Below, piece after piece: positions 63,626 through 64,000 of a DNA stretch of 64,000 nt. Every line of letters begins with the position of its first letter. Position 1 is the first letter of the stretch. A program made the position numbers and the translations under genes. The stretch comes from Mobula hypostoma. Its lineage: Eukaryota. The notes beneath the pieces were generated by a model, which was not told the origin of the DNA, did no database searches, and was given only the letters and a program-made list of their open reading frames with translations. Location of the stretch: contig NC_086097.1 in assembly GCF_963921235.1 (NCBI RefSeq), forward strand, positions 103,418,001-103,482,000, read 5' to 3'.

Positions 63626-64000
63626 ACACACACACAGGACTGAAGTGTTATATCTGAATACATGCAATATACGGAATAAAGTAGATGATCTTGTAGTGCA
63701 GTAAGAGATTGGTCGGTATGACATTGTGGGCATCACTGAATCGTGGCTGAACATCCAAACGGTGGGCAGAGGGATGGGGTGGCTCTATTGGTTAAAAATG
63801 AAATCAGCTCCTTAGGGAGAGGTGACATAGGAGTCGAAGGTTTAGAATCCTTACGGGTAGAGTTAAGAAACTGCAGTTTTGAGCTCCTTATCTAAGAAAG
63901 GAAGTGCTCACATTGGACAGAGTTCAGAGGAGGTTCACAAGAATGATTCTGTGAAGGAAAGTGTTATCATATGAGGAGCATTTGACGTCTCAGGATCTGT

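Overview
Vertebrate genomic DNA, most likely from a cartilaginous fish (ray or shark), inferred from the repeat landscape dominated by CR1, Rex1 and Penelope elements. The window holds the last nine coding exons of CDAN1 (codanin-1) on the + strand: 1042 coding bp between 2156 and 57811, all with GT-AG sites and matching phases. It also holds the last two coding exons of STARD9 on the - strand (60267-60603), tail-to-tail with CDAN1 as in human. The ORF track misses most of these short exons. Almost everything else is decayed, often nested, mobile DNA: many CR1 LINEs, Rex1/Babar, two RTEs, a Vingi-like LINE, an L1/Tx1, a Gypsy element, a solo LTR, Penelope-like elements (PLEs) with hammerhead ribozyme motifs, Tigger, hAT-Charlie, Harbinger and Tc1 non-autonomous DNA transposons, and a tRNA-derived SINE. 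I found no clearly new gene system. The best leads are: (i) an intact minimal hammerhead on the sense strand of a CDAN1 intron; (ii) fold-back hairpins at PLE inversion junctions; (iii) a 44-bp module shared by a Tigger and a hAT element at the same distance from their ends. Protein and family identifications come from my recall of those sequences, not from database searches. TE boundaries without TSDs are approximate.
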